45,431 nt of DNA from Gammaproteobacteria bacterium (GCA_002400905.2 NVRQ02000161.1:1-45431); one strand, 5' to 3'. Numbered from the stretch's first letter, positions 30,784 through 39,351 are shown. Notes: generated from the sequence alone by a model not told the origin. Translations and numbers: made by a program.

Positions 30784-30838
30784 TGGCATATTTTCTGCTT
30801 ACATAGAGTTTAAGCAGGAAAAGCGCCGATTTTTTGAC
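30784..30838 (+). promoter_or_regulatory. Sigma54 promoter of cheW with downstream FleQ-type box
   Basis: TGGCATATTTTCTGCT (30784-30799), GG-N10-GC; GCCGATTTTTTGAC (30825-30838). Confidence 0.65.
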
Positions 30839-30888
30839 AATTATCCGCCTGCAGCATTGGCAGCAGGGTAGCGTAAAGGAGTAAGAAA

Positions 30889-31392
30889 ATGGCAGAAGTG
30901 GCGTACGATGAGTACCAAGATCCTATTAACCAGGATATACAAGATCCGTTGTTGCAATGGGTGACTTTTCGCTTAGACGAAGAAAAGTACGGCATTAATG
31001 TGATGGCCGTACAAGAAGTGCTCAAAGTGACTGAAATAACTCAAGTTCCTGGAGCGCCAGATTTCGTGCTTGGCATTATTAACTTGCGTGGCAATGTTGT
31101 TACCGTGATTGATGCGAGGACACGATTTAAACTCGGTCATCGTGAGCGAGATGATAATTCACGTATTATCATTATCGAATCCTCAGACCAAGAGGTTGGT
31201 ATTCTCGTTGACAGTGTTGCTGAGGTTGTTTACATGCGTGACTCTGAAATTGAGCCAGCGCCAGCGGTTGGCAGTGATGATAGTTCGAAGTTTATCCAGG
31301 GTGTGAATAGTTCTGGTTCGGAATTGTTGATTTTGGTTGAACTTGATAAATTATTATCTGAACATGAGTGGGCAGAGGTTGCCGCTTTGTAA
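30889..31392 (+). CDS. cheW: Chemotaxis coupling protein CheW
   Basis: QWVTFRL, YGINVMAVQEV, GIINLRGNVVTVID. Confidence 0.97.
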   Translation: MAEVAYDEYQDPINQDIQDPLLQWVTFRLDEEKYGINVMAVQEVLKVTEITQVPGAPDFVLGIINLRGNVVTVIDARTRFKLGHRERDDNSRIIIIESSDQEVGILVDSVAEVVYMRDSEIEPAPAVGSDDSSKFIQGVNSSGSELLILVELDKLLSEHEWAEVAAL

Positions 31393-31411
31393 GCGGTAAT
31401 GGAGGTGAGCT

Positions 31412-31573
31412 ATGATTGAAGTGCGTGATATTCCGCCGATTAATCCGGTTGTGCCGAAAAAATCAGTCATAAAAAAACAGCAGCAACAGCAATCAAATGG
31501 TCGCAAAAAAAAATCAGAAGAGAAACAAAAACGTGACCGCTATGGTCGTGGTCATATTGATGAGTTTGCTTAA
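31412..31573 (+). CDS. 53-aa Lys/Gln-rich small protein (not in ORF track)
   Basis: GGAGGT RBS at 31401-31406, ATG 31412; translates MIEVRDIPPINPVVPKKSVIKKQQQQQSNGRKKKSEEKQKRDRYGRGHIDEFA; fills the cheW-DUF2802 gap with 19-bp and 7-bp spacers. Confidence 0.75.
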   Translation: MIEVRDIPPINPVVPKKSVIKKQQQQQSNGRKKKSEEKQKRDRYGRGHIDEFA

Positions 31574-31580
31574 TTAAGAG

Positions 31581-32003
31581 TTGGATTTGATTGCCATGTC
31601 ACTATATATGTTTGTTATTGCCGCATGTCTTGGGTTAAGCGTAGCGCTGGCGTATGGTTACTATCAGCTTAATTTACGCTTAAAAAGTGCTCATCAGGTC
31701 ATTCTTGGCTTACAAAATGATGTGTCCGCACTGTGTGCAGGGGCAGTAGGCGTCAGCAAACATCTAGATAAAATTGAAGATCAATCGCGCTATTTGTCTG
31801 ATAGACAAGACCAAATTAATGTTAGTGTCAGCGATGACCGCCCGTACATTCAAGCTATGCGTATGGCTGAAAAAGGTATGGATGCTGAAGAATTAATGAG
31901 TACGTGTGACTTGTCTCGAGAAGAGGCGGGTTTGATCCACGCATTGCACGCAGGGCACAAAGATAGCAAAGAAATCGTTGGTCTTGATATTAGCTTTGAA
32001 TGA
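31581..32003 (+). CDS. DUF2802-family protein
   Basis: N-terminal TM, coiled coil, YIQAMRM...ELMSTCDLSREEAGLI; usual position after cheW. Confidence 0.85.
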   Translation: MDLIAMSLYMFVIAACLGLSVALAYGYYQLNLRLKSAHQVILGLQNDVSALCAGAVGVSKHLDKIEDQSRYLSDRQDQINVSVSDDRPYIQAMRMAEKGMDAEELMSTCDLSREEAGLIHALHAGHKDSKEIVGLDISFE

Positions 32004-32018
32004 TACGCTTATATTGAT

Positions 32019-32065
32019 CTAGTGTAGTGTCCTGAATCACCATTCTATTCAGGACACTACGCTAG
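32019..32065. repeat. Minimal inverted-repeat element flanked by CTAG (may act as bidirectional terminator)
   Basis: CTAGTGTAGTGTCCTGAAT / ATTCAGGACACTACGCTAG, 18/19 complementary with 9-nt loop; between convergent genes. Confidence 0.8.
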
Positions 32066-32195
32066 GAGCCTGTCGGACTTAGGATGATTCTGCTGCGGCG
32101 GCAGGAAATCGGCCAATTTTTCCGATCTTTTTCATTGAGTTGGCCCACTATCACCCTCGCCTCGCTATGAACACTTGAATCCGACAGGCTCCTAG
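32062..32195. mobile_element. MITE-like element, TIR GAGCCTGTCGGA, flanked by CTAG
   Basis: CTAGGAGCCTGTCGGA...TCCGACAGGCTCCTAG 16-bp perfect IR; the same end recurs at 39348. Confidence 0.85.
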
Positions 32196-32200
32196 CATCG

Positions 32201-34054
32201 CTATTTATCAGCTATGGGCAAGGGTAGTGGCTTACCGATAAAATAACCCTGAACGTAATCAACACCGTAACTAGTGAGCAGATCAAGTGTTTCTTGGTCT
32301 TCAACAAATTCTGCAATCACTTCTTTTTTGAGTGATCGACCCACCTCAATCATTGATTTGACGAGTGACTGATCAACGGGATCGTTGACCAAATTACGAA
32401 TAAAGGCACCGTCGATCTTTAATTGATCGACAGGGAACTGTTTCACATAGCTAAATGAACTGAATCCTGCACCAAAGTCATCGAGAGCAAAGCGACAACC
32501 TAGTTCTCGTAGTTTAACCACCATGTCACGTGTTTGTTCTACATTGGCTACCGCAGCGGTTTCGGTGATTTCAAATAACAAGCGATGCGGGTCAATTTTG
32601 TGCTCACGAATTTTTTCACGTATCAGTCCGTATAGTGTGGGGTCTTGGAATGCATGACCTGACAGATTGACGTGCAAGGAGAGTTCGCTTTGGCTATTTG
32701 GCAGCCCGGCAATTGTCTTAATGACATTGCTTACCATATAGCGGTCTATTTCGTGTATCAGGCCCATTCTTTCGGCAACGGGGATGAAATCACCTGGGCC
32801 AATGATATTGCCGCTGTCATCAATCATGCGTATGAGCGCTTCGTAATGGCGTATTTTACCACTGGCAACATGCTGAACTGGCTGGAATGCAAGTCGGAAT
32901 AAATCGTGTTTCAGTGCCTTTCTGATAATGGGCACCCAGTGCGCAGCGCTGCGCAGAATATGCATTTCGGAATCTTTTTCGTTAAATACGTGAACCATAT
33001 TACGGCCATGTGCTTTGGCTACAAAACACGCTTGGTCTGCACGCACAAGTGCTTCACTCGCGGTACATTTACTGCCAGGTGATATCAGGGATATGCCAAT
33101 GCTGGCGCCGATATGATAGGTGCGGCCTTCTGTTTTAAAGAATAACCCGTTAAGCGTATTATGCAGTGTTTGAGCGAATTCTAGTGCGCGTGTTTCGTCG
33201 GTGTCACTGGCCAATACAACATATTCATCTGAACTGATTCGAGCCAGCAAATCATTTTTACGAATATATTTGCGTAGCGTGTTGGCGACAAGAATTAATA
33301 CTCTATCGCCAGCAGCATGTCCTTCAAGATCATTGACGACTTTAAATTGATCTAGATCAATATAGAATATTGATGAATAACGTTTGTTGTAATTGGATTG
33401 TATTACTGCCAATTCGATTGCTTGTTCTAAGCGACGGCGATTGCATAAGCCGGTTAGGTCATCATGGCTGACCAAATATTGCAGCCTCGCTTCCATAATT
33501 TTACGTTCGGCAAGCTCGGTCTCCAGTTCATACTCTCTGGACTTTCTTAGATCACGTTCGCGTTTCAAGCTAAGAGCCGAAATAACACGCGGGACTAATT
33601 CCATGCGTCGAAACGGTTTAAACATAATGTCAGATGCACCGCACTCAAGGCTGGTAATGGCGGTATCGTCTTGCCACATATTGTTAGCCGTAAGCATAAT
33701 GATAGGAATATCGACCCATTCGCTATGTTGGCGAATCGTGCGACAGACCTCATAGCCGTCCATGTCTGGCATCATGACATCGAGTAAAATTAAGTCGATA
33801 TCACTGACATCATCATGAATACTTTTTTGCAAGACATGAATAGCTTCTGTTCCATTGTTAGCGGTAACAATATTGGAGAAGCCACTCTTACGCAGCATGG
33901 TTTTGGCTAGATGTACATTGTGCTCAGTATCGTCAACAATGAGAATGCGCATATCACGAAGATGTTCGAAGGTACTAGCAAGGTTTGACGGTTGCTTCGT
34001 CGTGTTACCAGGAGGGGTATAAACTCCTTCGGTTTGCTGCGTTGATTGTGCCAT
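32201..34054 (-). CDS. REC-GGDEF(degenerate)-EAL protein, probable c-di-GMP phosphodiesterase
   Basis: REC (IVDD, LLDVMMP, KPF); GGDEF domain with SSDEY at the signature; EAL domain with EALIR, EITE, DDFGAG, KID, EFVE, QG. Confidence 0.9.
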   Translation of the reverse strand: MAQSTQQTEGVYTPPGNTTKQPSNLASTFEHLRDMRILIVDDTEHNVHLAKTMLRKSGFSNIVTANNGTEAIHVLQKSIHDDVSDIDLILLDVMMPDMDGYEVCRTIRQHSEWVDIPIIMLTANNMWQDDTAITSLECGASDIMFKPFRRMELVPRVISALSLKRERDLRKSREYELETELAERKIMEARLQYLVSHDDLTGLCNRRRLEQAIELAVIQSNYNKRYSSIFYIDLDQFKVVNDLEGHAAGDRVLILVANTLRKYIRKNDLLARISSDEYVVLASDTDETRALEFAQTLHNTLNGLFFKTEGRTYHIGASIGISLISPGSKCTASEALVRADQACFVAKAHGRNMVHVFNEKDSEMHILRSAAHWVPIIRKALKHDLFRLAFQPVQHVASGKIRHYEALIRMIDDSGNIIGPGDFIPVAERMGLIHEIDRYMVSNVIKTIAGLPNSQSELSLHVNLSGHAFQDPTLYGLIREKIREHKIDPHRLLFEITETAAVANVEQTRDMVVKLRELGCRFALDDFGAGFSSFSYVKQFPVDQLKIDGAFIRNLVNDPVDQSLVKSMIEVGRSLKKEVIAEFVEDQETLDLLTSYGVDYVQGYFIGKPLPLPIADK

Positions 34055-34186
34055 GAATAATTAACTACCCCATCGGGCACATGTATCTCGTTATAGTGGT
34101 GGCATAAGCCGTCGAGTCGAATATGTAGCGTTAATTTCCCTGCTATCCCCTAATAAGCGGACAGTATATTTAGCGGCGTAAAGACC

Positions 34187-34480
34187 TTAATCTTTAGAGG
34201 TTATTGTAGCGTTAATAGAAGGTGTTTGACCTGAGATTGTGTAAGCAAAAGCAAGGATTTCAGCGACAATCACGAATAGATCTTCAGGTATCGATTCTCC
34301 CAATTGAATCTGAGACAGTATTTGCGCCAGTGCGGGGTCTTCGTGGATAGGAATACCGTATTGTCGGGCTAGCTCGATGATGTTCTCGCCCCCTTGTCCA
34401 CTGTCTTTTGCTGTGACTTGCGGTGCTGCTAAGCCATCGTATTTTAGTGCTACGGCAATGGTATCGCTAAATTCATTCAT
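34187..34480 (-). CDS. Stand-alone FlhB C-terminal-like protein (EscU/YscU/HrcU family)
   Basis: AVALKYD...APQVTAK...IPEDLFVIVAEILAFAY resembles the post-NPTH part of FlhB in this window. Confidence 0.9.
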   Translation of the reverse strand: MNEFSDTIAVALKYDGLAAPQVTAKDSGQGGENIIELARQYGIPIHEDPALAQILSQIQLGESIPEDLFVIVAEILAFAYTISGQTPSINATITSKD

Positions 34481-34492
34481 GGTTGGTGTACC

Positions 34493-35926
34493 TTAAACAT
34501 GAGTGTCCAAAAGCTTGTTTAGCCTATGGGGTTGTAATAAATCAGCGATTTCACCTTGACGCGCTGGCTGTGTATTGACGTCGAAACCGAGTTTGCGCAG
34601 ACGCTTATCGAGTAGCTTAATATTATCTTGTAATAGCGTTAACCCTGACGTGGTTTCTGCGGTAAAGCGTAAGTTAATTGATTTGCCTTTTAGCCGAATA
34701 TCACTGCGTACTGTACCGTGACTGCCTAATTCGAAATTGAACTCTAATTGCCAGGCGCCATCTTCATCGTCTTTTCCCCCTGGGTTTTCTTTGTTAATAC
34801 GAAACTGCAATGCACCATTTCGATCACTGTCTGCATAGGGAATTTCCACATGCCAAACTTGATTTGCTTCGTTACTTTGTGCAAGTGAAGACAGTTGATT
34901 TAGTTGAATGCGAGAGAGTAATGATTCGCTCGTTTTAAGTAATTGTTGCAGGGGTTGCAATTGCAATAAACGAGCAACTTCGATGCGTGTTTGCGCCTCC
35001 GTTGACTTCGCTAGTGCTGGACTTGACTTGGTCTTGGTAATAATTTCGACGAGTTTACTTTCAAGGCGTGCGGCTAATTGAGGTGACAGCTTGCTATCTC
35101 GTATCAGTGCTTGACGCACTGTTGCTACCAGTTGCAGTAAAGCGGGTTTAATATCTTTTGCTAAGGTGCTTAGGTTCAATGGGAGCTGTGTTGCTGATAG
35201 TCTTGATTCAAAAAACGTACCGGAATTCAGCGTAGATTGTTTGACTTGCAGTGGTTGCCGTAACTGGCTTAGCAAAGGGATAGAGTCTCGCACTTTTTGG
35301 GCCGCTGCCTTTAGCGCTAATTCTAAGCTAGGTTTTATCTTCGCGGTTGTGTTATCAGTGCTGACATTGCCAGCGCTAAGCACGCTGACAGCACCCGGTA
35401 TCGGTAGTTTAGACACTGCATTGATGTTCTGAATAAGTATGGGTAGTAGCACAGTTGTCGGTGCTTGATGGCCGATGATCGCGCGTATCGCTTGATTGAT
35501 AGGTTGACTCACCGAACTTAATGATGAAGCCGGACTAGGCTGATTTAATGGGAGAGGGGGTGTGACTGATGCACCCCGCGTATCGATATGTCGAGAGCGG
35601 ATGTTTACAGCAGTGGTATTATTTGTTGGCGTAAGTGATGGTGGTGTTAAAATACGCAACTCTGGTTTGGCACCAACTTGGTCGACACGTAGAGTCAGTA
35701 GCTGTCCGGGTGTGAAAGGAAACTGATGATCAGTTTTGATACGCGTGGGGCCAATTTCAATAAAGCGCTGCTGTGTCCTCTCGTCAGTAGCAACTCTTGC
35801 TCTGAGTAATTGCCCTATCTCCCAAGCCTTAACAAGTTCACTGCTGGCGCGTGCTCCAAGAGTACTACTTTTGGTGCGTGCTAGAATCTGTGCTGTCAAT
35901 TGCGTTAATGGGTCAATTGCCATCAC
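34493..35926 (-). CDS. Second FliK-like (hook-length control C-terminal domain) protein
   Basis: SGTFFESRL, RIQLNQLSSL, WHVEIP, WQLEFNFELGSHGTV; adjacent to the FlhB-like gene. Confidence 0.8.
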   Translation of the reverse strand: MMAIDPLTQLTAQILARTKSSTLGARASSELVKAWEIGQLLRARVATDERTQQRFIEIGPTRIKTDHQFPFTPGQLLTLRVDQVGAKPELRILTPPSLTPTNNTTAVNIRSRHIDTRGASVTPPLPLNQPSPASSLSSVSQPINQAIRAIIGHQAPTTVLLPILIQNINAVSKLPIPGAVSVLSAGNVSTDNTTAKIKPSLELALKAAAQKVRDSIPLLSQLRQPLQVKQSTLNSGTFFESRLSATQLPLNLSTLAKDIKPALLQLVATVRQALIRDSKLSPQLAARLESKLVEIITKTKSSPALAKSTEAQTRIEVARLLQLQPLQQLLKTSESLLSRIQLNQLSSLAQSNEANQVWHVEIPYADSDRNGALQFRINKENPGGKDDEDGAWQLEFNFELGSHGTVRSDIRLKGKSINLRFTAETTSGLTLLQDNIKLLDKRLRKLGFDVNTQPARQGEIADLLQPHRLNKLLDTHV

Positions 35927-35982
35927 ATTCCTTAAGTCTTAGCCAGCTAAAGTCGCTGTAGTGTTATCAGCTCCATATAGTA

Positions 35983-36009
35983 ATATCGGACATTTACGAT
36001 TCAACTGAA
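35983..36009 (-). promoter_or_regulatory. Possible sigma28 promoter of the FliK-like gene
   Basis: Minus strand TTCAG-N14-TCCGATAT, an imperfect match to TAAAG/TCAAG-N14-GCCGATAA. Confidence 0.3.
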
Positions 36010-36011
36010 CT

Positions 36012-36896
36012 ATGAAAAGAGAACCGCTTTGGTATATTCGGCGCGAGGGAGTAGTCACTGGGCCATTTCCAGTTGGGCTCATCGAGCGCTATGCCGTTCT
36101 TGGTCGGGTTGGTGCTACGACAGAATTAAGTGCTGATAATGTGCATTGGGCCATATGTGTTGATTGGCCAGAGTGGGTTGCGTATATCGAAGATTTTAAA
36201 TTAAAGCACGATAGTGAAGAGCATAGGGAGGCACTGCGTCGTTGGGAAGATGAGCGCGATGGTTACGATAGACGCATGGGTGCGCCCACTAATGTCGCAT
36301 CCGATCAGCGCAACCGCTGCGATCGTCGCGACATCGAAGCCGGTGAAGAGATCGAGATAAGACAGCATCGCAATCAGCGGTACGGGGTTATCCGTCGTTA
36401 TTCGCTCAGTGCAGTGGCTATATTAATACTTGCCGTGATTACGTTCATCGGGTTTTATTTGGTGTTATATAAGCCAGCCGCCACGCAAGAGCCTGCGGAT
36501 TGTTCTGTGTTGCCGGCCGAGGGTATAAATTGGAGTTATTGTGATTTGCAAAACCGTCGATTGCAGAATATTAGTTTACGTCGCAGCAATTTACAGAGCA
36601 GTAATATGACTGGAGCGAGATTGGATGATGCAGATCTATCAGAGGCGGAGATGTCATTTTCAGTGTTAACGTTAGCACGTATTCAACATTCAAACTTTTC
36701 GGGGTCGAGAATGATAGGAGTTAGTTTTCGTAACTCATTGATTGAAAATGTGAATTTTAAGAATTCAGACCTTACCTATGCTGATTTCACCAATGCTGAG
36801 TTGAGTAATGTAGAGTTTGGTGGTGCGCGTCTTGATCATGCTATCTGGGTTGATCAGCGCCGCTGCGCGGCCAATTCAATTGGTGTATGTCGCTAG
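36012..36896 (+). CDS. Membrane-anchored pentapeptide-repeat protein with GYF_2(DUF4339)-like N-terminus
   Basis: WYIRREGVVTGPF...LGRV...W; DRR-containing linker; one TM (AVAILILAVITFIGFYLVLY); pentapeptide repeats (ARLDD ADLSE...SDLTY ADFTN); terminal C...GVC. Confidence 0.8.
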   Translation: MKREPLWYIRREGVVTGPFPVGLIERYAVLGRVGATTELSADNVHWAICVDWPEWVAYIEDFKLKHDSEEHREALRRWEDERDGYDRRMGAPTNVASDQRNRCDRRDIEAGEEIEIRQHRNQRYGVIRRYSLSAVAILILAVITFIGFYLVLYKPAATQEPADCSVLPAEGINWSYCDLQNRRLQNISLRRSNLQSSNMTGARLDDADLSEAEMSFSVLTLARIQHSNFSGSRMIGVSFRNSLIENVNFKNSDLTYADFTNAELSNVEFGGARLDHAIWVDQRRCAANSIGVCR

Positions 36897-36929
36897 TACT
36901 CCATCAATATAGCCTTGTTCGAGTGCTAG
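36893..36929. repeat. 37-bp minimal element flanked by CTAG
   Basis: CTAGTACTC...GAGTGCTAG imperfect IR; 20 bp identical to 179-198. Confidence 0.6.
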
Positions 36930-37042
36930 TTATTGCATGGTGTTTAAAGAATAGTTTGAAGAATTACTAAAGTATCTACGATATTAATCGAAATACACTA
37001 TACTGGACGCAAGTAACGCGTAGACGCTAACTGGGAACATGG

Positions 37043-37438
37043 ATGATGTTGGTAGCAACCAAAAGTATACTCGTTGTTGATGATGATGAAGACTGTCGCA
37101 TCATCGCTCAACGTATCTTATCTCGCGCAGGATACACAGTAGACACCGCCTGTGATGGGGCTGAGGGACTAGAGAAAGCGCAAAGTAAACGGTTTGATTT
37201 AATTCTTCTTGATGTCATGATGCCAAAACTCGATGGTTTTGAAGTCTGCGCGCGTATACGCAAAGACAAACCGAATGCTGATACACCTGTGGTAATGGTT
37301 ACTGCGCTCGATTCAATTAGTGATCAAGCTAAGGCGTCGGAGTCAGGTGCGCAGTGGATAGTTAATAAGCCTTATGATTCGCACTACTTGCTATCGGTAG
37401 CCAATCATCGTGTCAATCAGTTAGACCCCGGGGTGTAG
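37043..37438 (+). CDS. Single-domain response regulator
   Basis: VVDDD, LLDVMMP, VTA, KP. Confidence 0.92.
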   Translation: MMLVATKSILVVDDDEDCRIIAQRILSRAGYTVDTACDGAEGLEKAQSKRFDLILLDVMMPKLDGFEVCARIRKDKPNADTPVVMVTALDSISDQAKASESGAQWIVNKPYDSHYLLSVANHRVNQLDPGV

Positions 37439-37441
37439 TTC

Positions 37442-37843
37442 TTGCTGCTGGGTCAAAAGCGAATACTGGTTATCGATGACGATGAGCCAAGCAGAACGCT
37501 GGCTCAGCGTATTCTTACACGTGGTGGTTTTGATGTGGATACTGCTGCGAATGGTGAAGAAGCGCTAGAGAAGGCGATTACGTTTAAGTACGATCTGATC
37601 GTACTCGATGTCATGATGCCGAAAATGGACGGCTTTGAAGTATGTGCACGTCTGCAGCAAAATAGTCTGACCGCAGATTTACCGGTGGTTATGCTCACCG
37701 CGTTAGATTCACTTGATGATGTTGCAAAAGCAACCGAGGCAGGAGCCAAATGGTTTGTGACCAAGCCATTCGATTCAAAATATCTGTTGCGGCGTATCCG
37801 TCAGATTATATTTTATCAGGATAACCCGCATTCCCAGAGCTAA
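37442..37843 (+). CDS. Single-domain response regulator (paralog of upstream gene)
   Basis: VIDDD, VLDVMMP, LTA, KPF; TTG start. Confidence 0.9.
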   Translation: MLLGQKRILVIDDDEPSRTLAQRILTRGGFDVDTAANGEEALEKAITFKYDLIVLDVMMPKMDGFEVCARLQQNSLTADLPVVMLTALDSLDDVAKATEAGAKWFVTKPFDSKYLLRRIRQIIFYQDNPHSQS

Positions 37844-37861
37844 AGCGTATCGAGTGCAGGT

Positions 37862-37994
37862 CGTCCCCATTTCATAACTTATAATGGCCCTACTGTTCAC
37901 CCTGCAGCGTTGCTCGTTGTCGCCATAGGCCCACTATGACTCCGTCTCGCGCCTTACACCCCGAGGCGCACGTGGCTTGGTAAAAAATGGGACG
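37862..37994. repeat. Degenerate palindromic repeat element
   Basis: CGTCCCCATTT / AAATGGGACG ends, GCGTTG...CGCCTT core, central catag-gccca-ctatg hairpin. Confidence 0.6.
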
Positions 37995-38148
37995 CATTCT
38001 ACTGTTACAAAATGAGTGTCTACCTACACTAGTTTTTGCCGTTCTTAAGGTCACCTCTGCTTCCAAGGCGCGCGGTTATTCCAATTAGCTGGTATGCCAC
38101 AATCTGGTATGATAGTGGCACTATAATAACTGTTCGCGATTCAAACAC

Positions 38149-38652
38149 GTGTCACTCTATTCCGTTGATAAGCTCATTAGTGAAGCCAGGAAGCTCGCAG
38201 CTGAGTATCGCCGTACCACTGGTGGCCCTCTACCTGGCATTAGCGGTGAAATTGCGCGTCACGATGCGATGCGGTTACTTGATCTAACTCCAGCAGGAAA
38301 TGGCCTTAGTTACGATGCCATAGGTAATGGCTCGCGTAAGGGTAAGCGCATACAAATTAAAGCGCGTGTTATTCAAGACGATAACCAAAGAGGCTTGCGC
38401 TTAGGCCAAATTAAAATTGAGCAAGAATGGGATACAGTCGTATTAGTATTGTTAAATAGCGATTATCAGCCATTCGAAGTATATGAAGTTGAGCGTGAAG
38501 AAGTCATAGAGGCGAGTGCAGAAGCCTCTCAAAACCGAAGTAAACGTGGCGCCATAACATTGGCGCGTTTTAAGGCAATCTCTACGCTAGTTTGGACTCT
38601 TGATCATGGTTCGATCGACGAAGGGATTTGGGTTAACGACGATAGCCATTAA
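38149..38652 (+). CDS. Hypothetical protein with PD-(D/E)XK nuclease-like motif pattern
   Basis: 167 aa, GTG start; GEIA...YDA...RIQIKAR; ends 24 bp before tsaB. Confidence 0.7.
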   Translation: MSLYSVDKLISEARKLAAEYRRTTGGPLPGISGEIARHDAMRLLDLTPAGNGLSYDAIGNGSRKGKRIQIKARVIQDDNQRGLRLGQIKIEQEWDTVVLVLLNSDYQPFEVYEVEREEVIEASAEASQNRSKRGAITLARFKAISTLVWTLDHGSIDEGIWVNDDSH

Positions 38653-38676
38653 TATCAATTTATTCTTTCTAATATC

Positions 38677-39351
38677 ATGAGTCGCATTCTTTCCATAAAT
38701 AGCGCGAGTGATTTTTGCTCAGTGACTATTTTTGATGCCGCAGGCATTACGACACGTTCGGCTCCAACAGAGCGCGGGCATGGTGATGCGGTATTAGAGA
38801 TGGTTGATCAAGTCTTGAAAGAAACCGGTTATAGCAAAAACTCCATTGACGCATTGGCCTTTGCCTGCGGGCCAGGTGCTTTTACTAGTCTGCGCATTGG
38901 CGCAGGAATTACGCAAGGCCTGGCTGTTGGAATCGACCGGCCTATAGTTCCTGTTTCATCGCTTGCGGCTTTAGCTCATGGTGTTTATCGCAACTATCAA
39001 CGTCAGCAGACCTTGGTTGCGATTGATGCACGAATGGATCAGGTTTATTTCGCCGCCTATGAAACATCCGCATTGGGCGAGAGTAAACTCCTGTCAGAAG
39101 TGCGTGTGTGCGATCCAGCAGAGCTAGTTTGGGCAAGCGGGCCATGGGCTACCGTTGGTGTTGGCTGGGAGGTTTATGCAGATGAGATTAAAGTTGATGA
39201 GGCACTGAAATATGTGGGTGTCGGCGCAGAAGACTGCGCAATCGATGTCGCCTATTTAGCCCAAAAGGTGGTCAATGAAGGTAAGGCATTATCCGCCGAA
39301 TTCGCTTTACCCGTCTACGTGCGTGATCGCGTTGTGCATAGGGCGAGCTAG
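38677..39351 (+). CDS. tsaB: tRNA threonylcarbamoyladenosine biosynthesis protein TsaB
   Basis: GPGAFTSLRIG, VSSLAALA, IDARMDQVY, PVYVR. Confidence 0.95.
   Translation: MSRILSINSASDFCSVTIFDAAGITTRSAPTERGHGDAVLEMVDQVLKETGYSKNSIDALAFACGPGAFTSLRIGAGITQGLAVGIDRPIVPVSSLAALAHGVYRNYQRQQTLVAIDARMDQVYFAAYETSALGESKLLSEVRVCDPAELVWASGPWATVGVGWEVYADEIKVDEALKYVGVGAEDCAIDVAYLAQKVVNEGKALSAEFALPVYVRDRVVHRAS

Noticed and set aside
520-33755. Many short antisense or alternate-frame ORFs overlapping flagellar, chemotaxis and EAL genes
   Set aside because: Shadow ORFs of well-supported genes, with no motifs or RBS support.
36968-36994. TAAAG-N14-ATCGAAAT as a sigma28 promoter for the receiver pair
   Set aside because: The -10 match is too weak to call.
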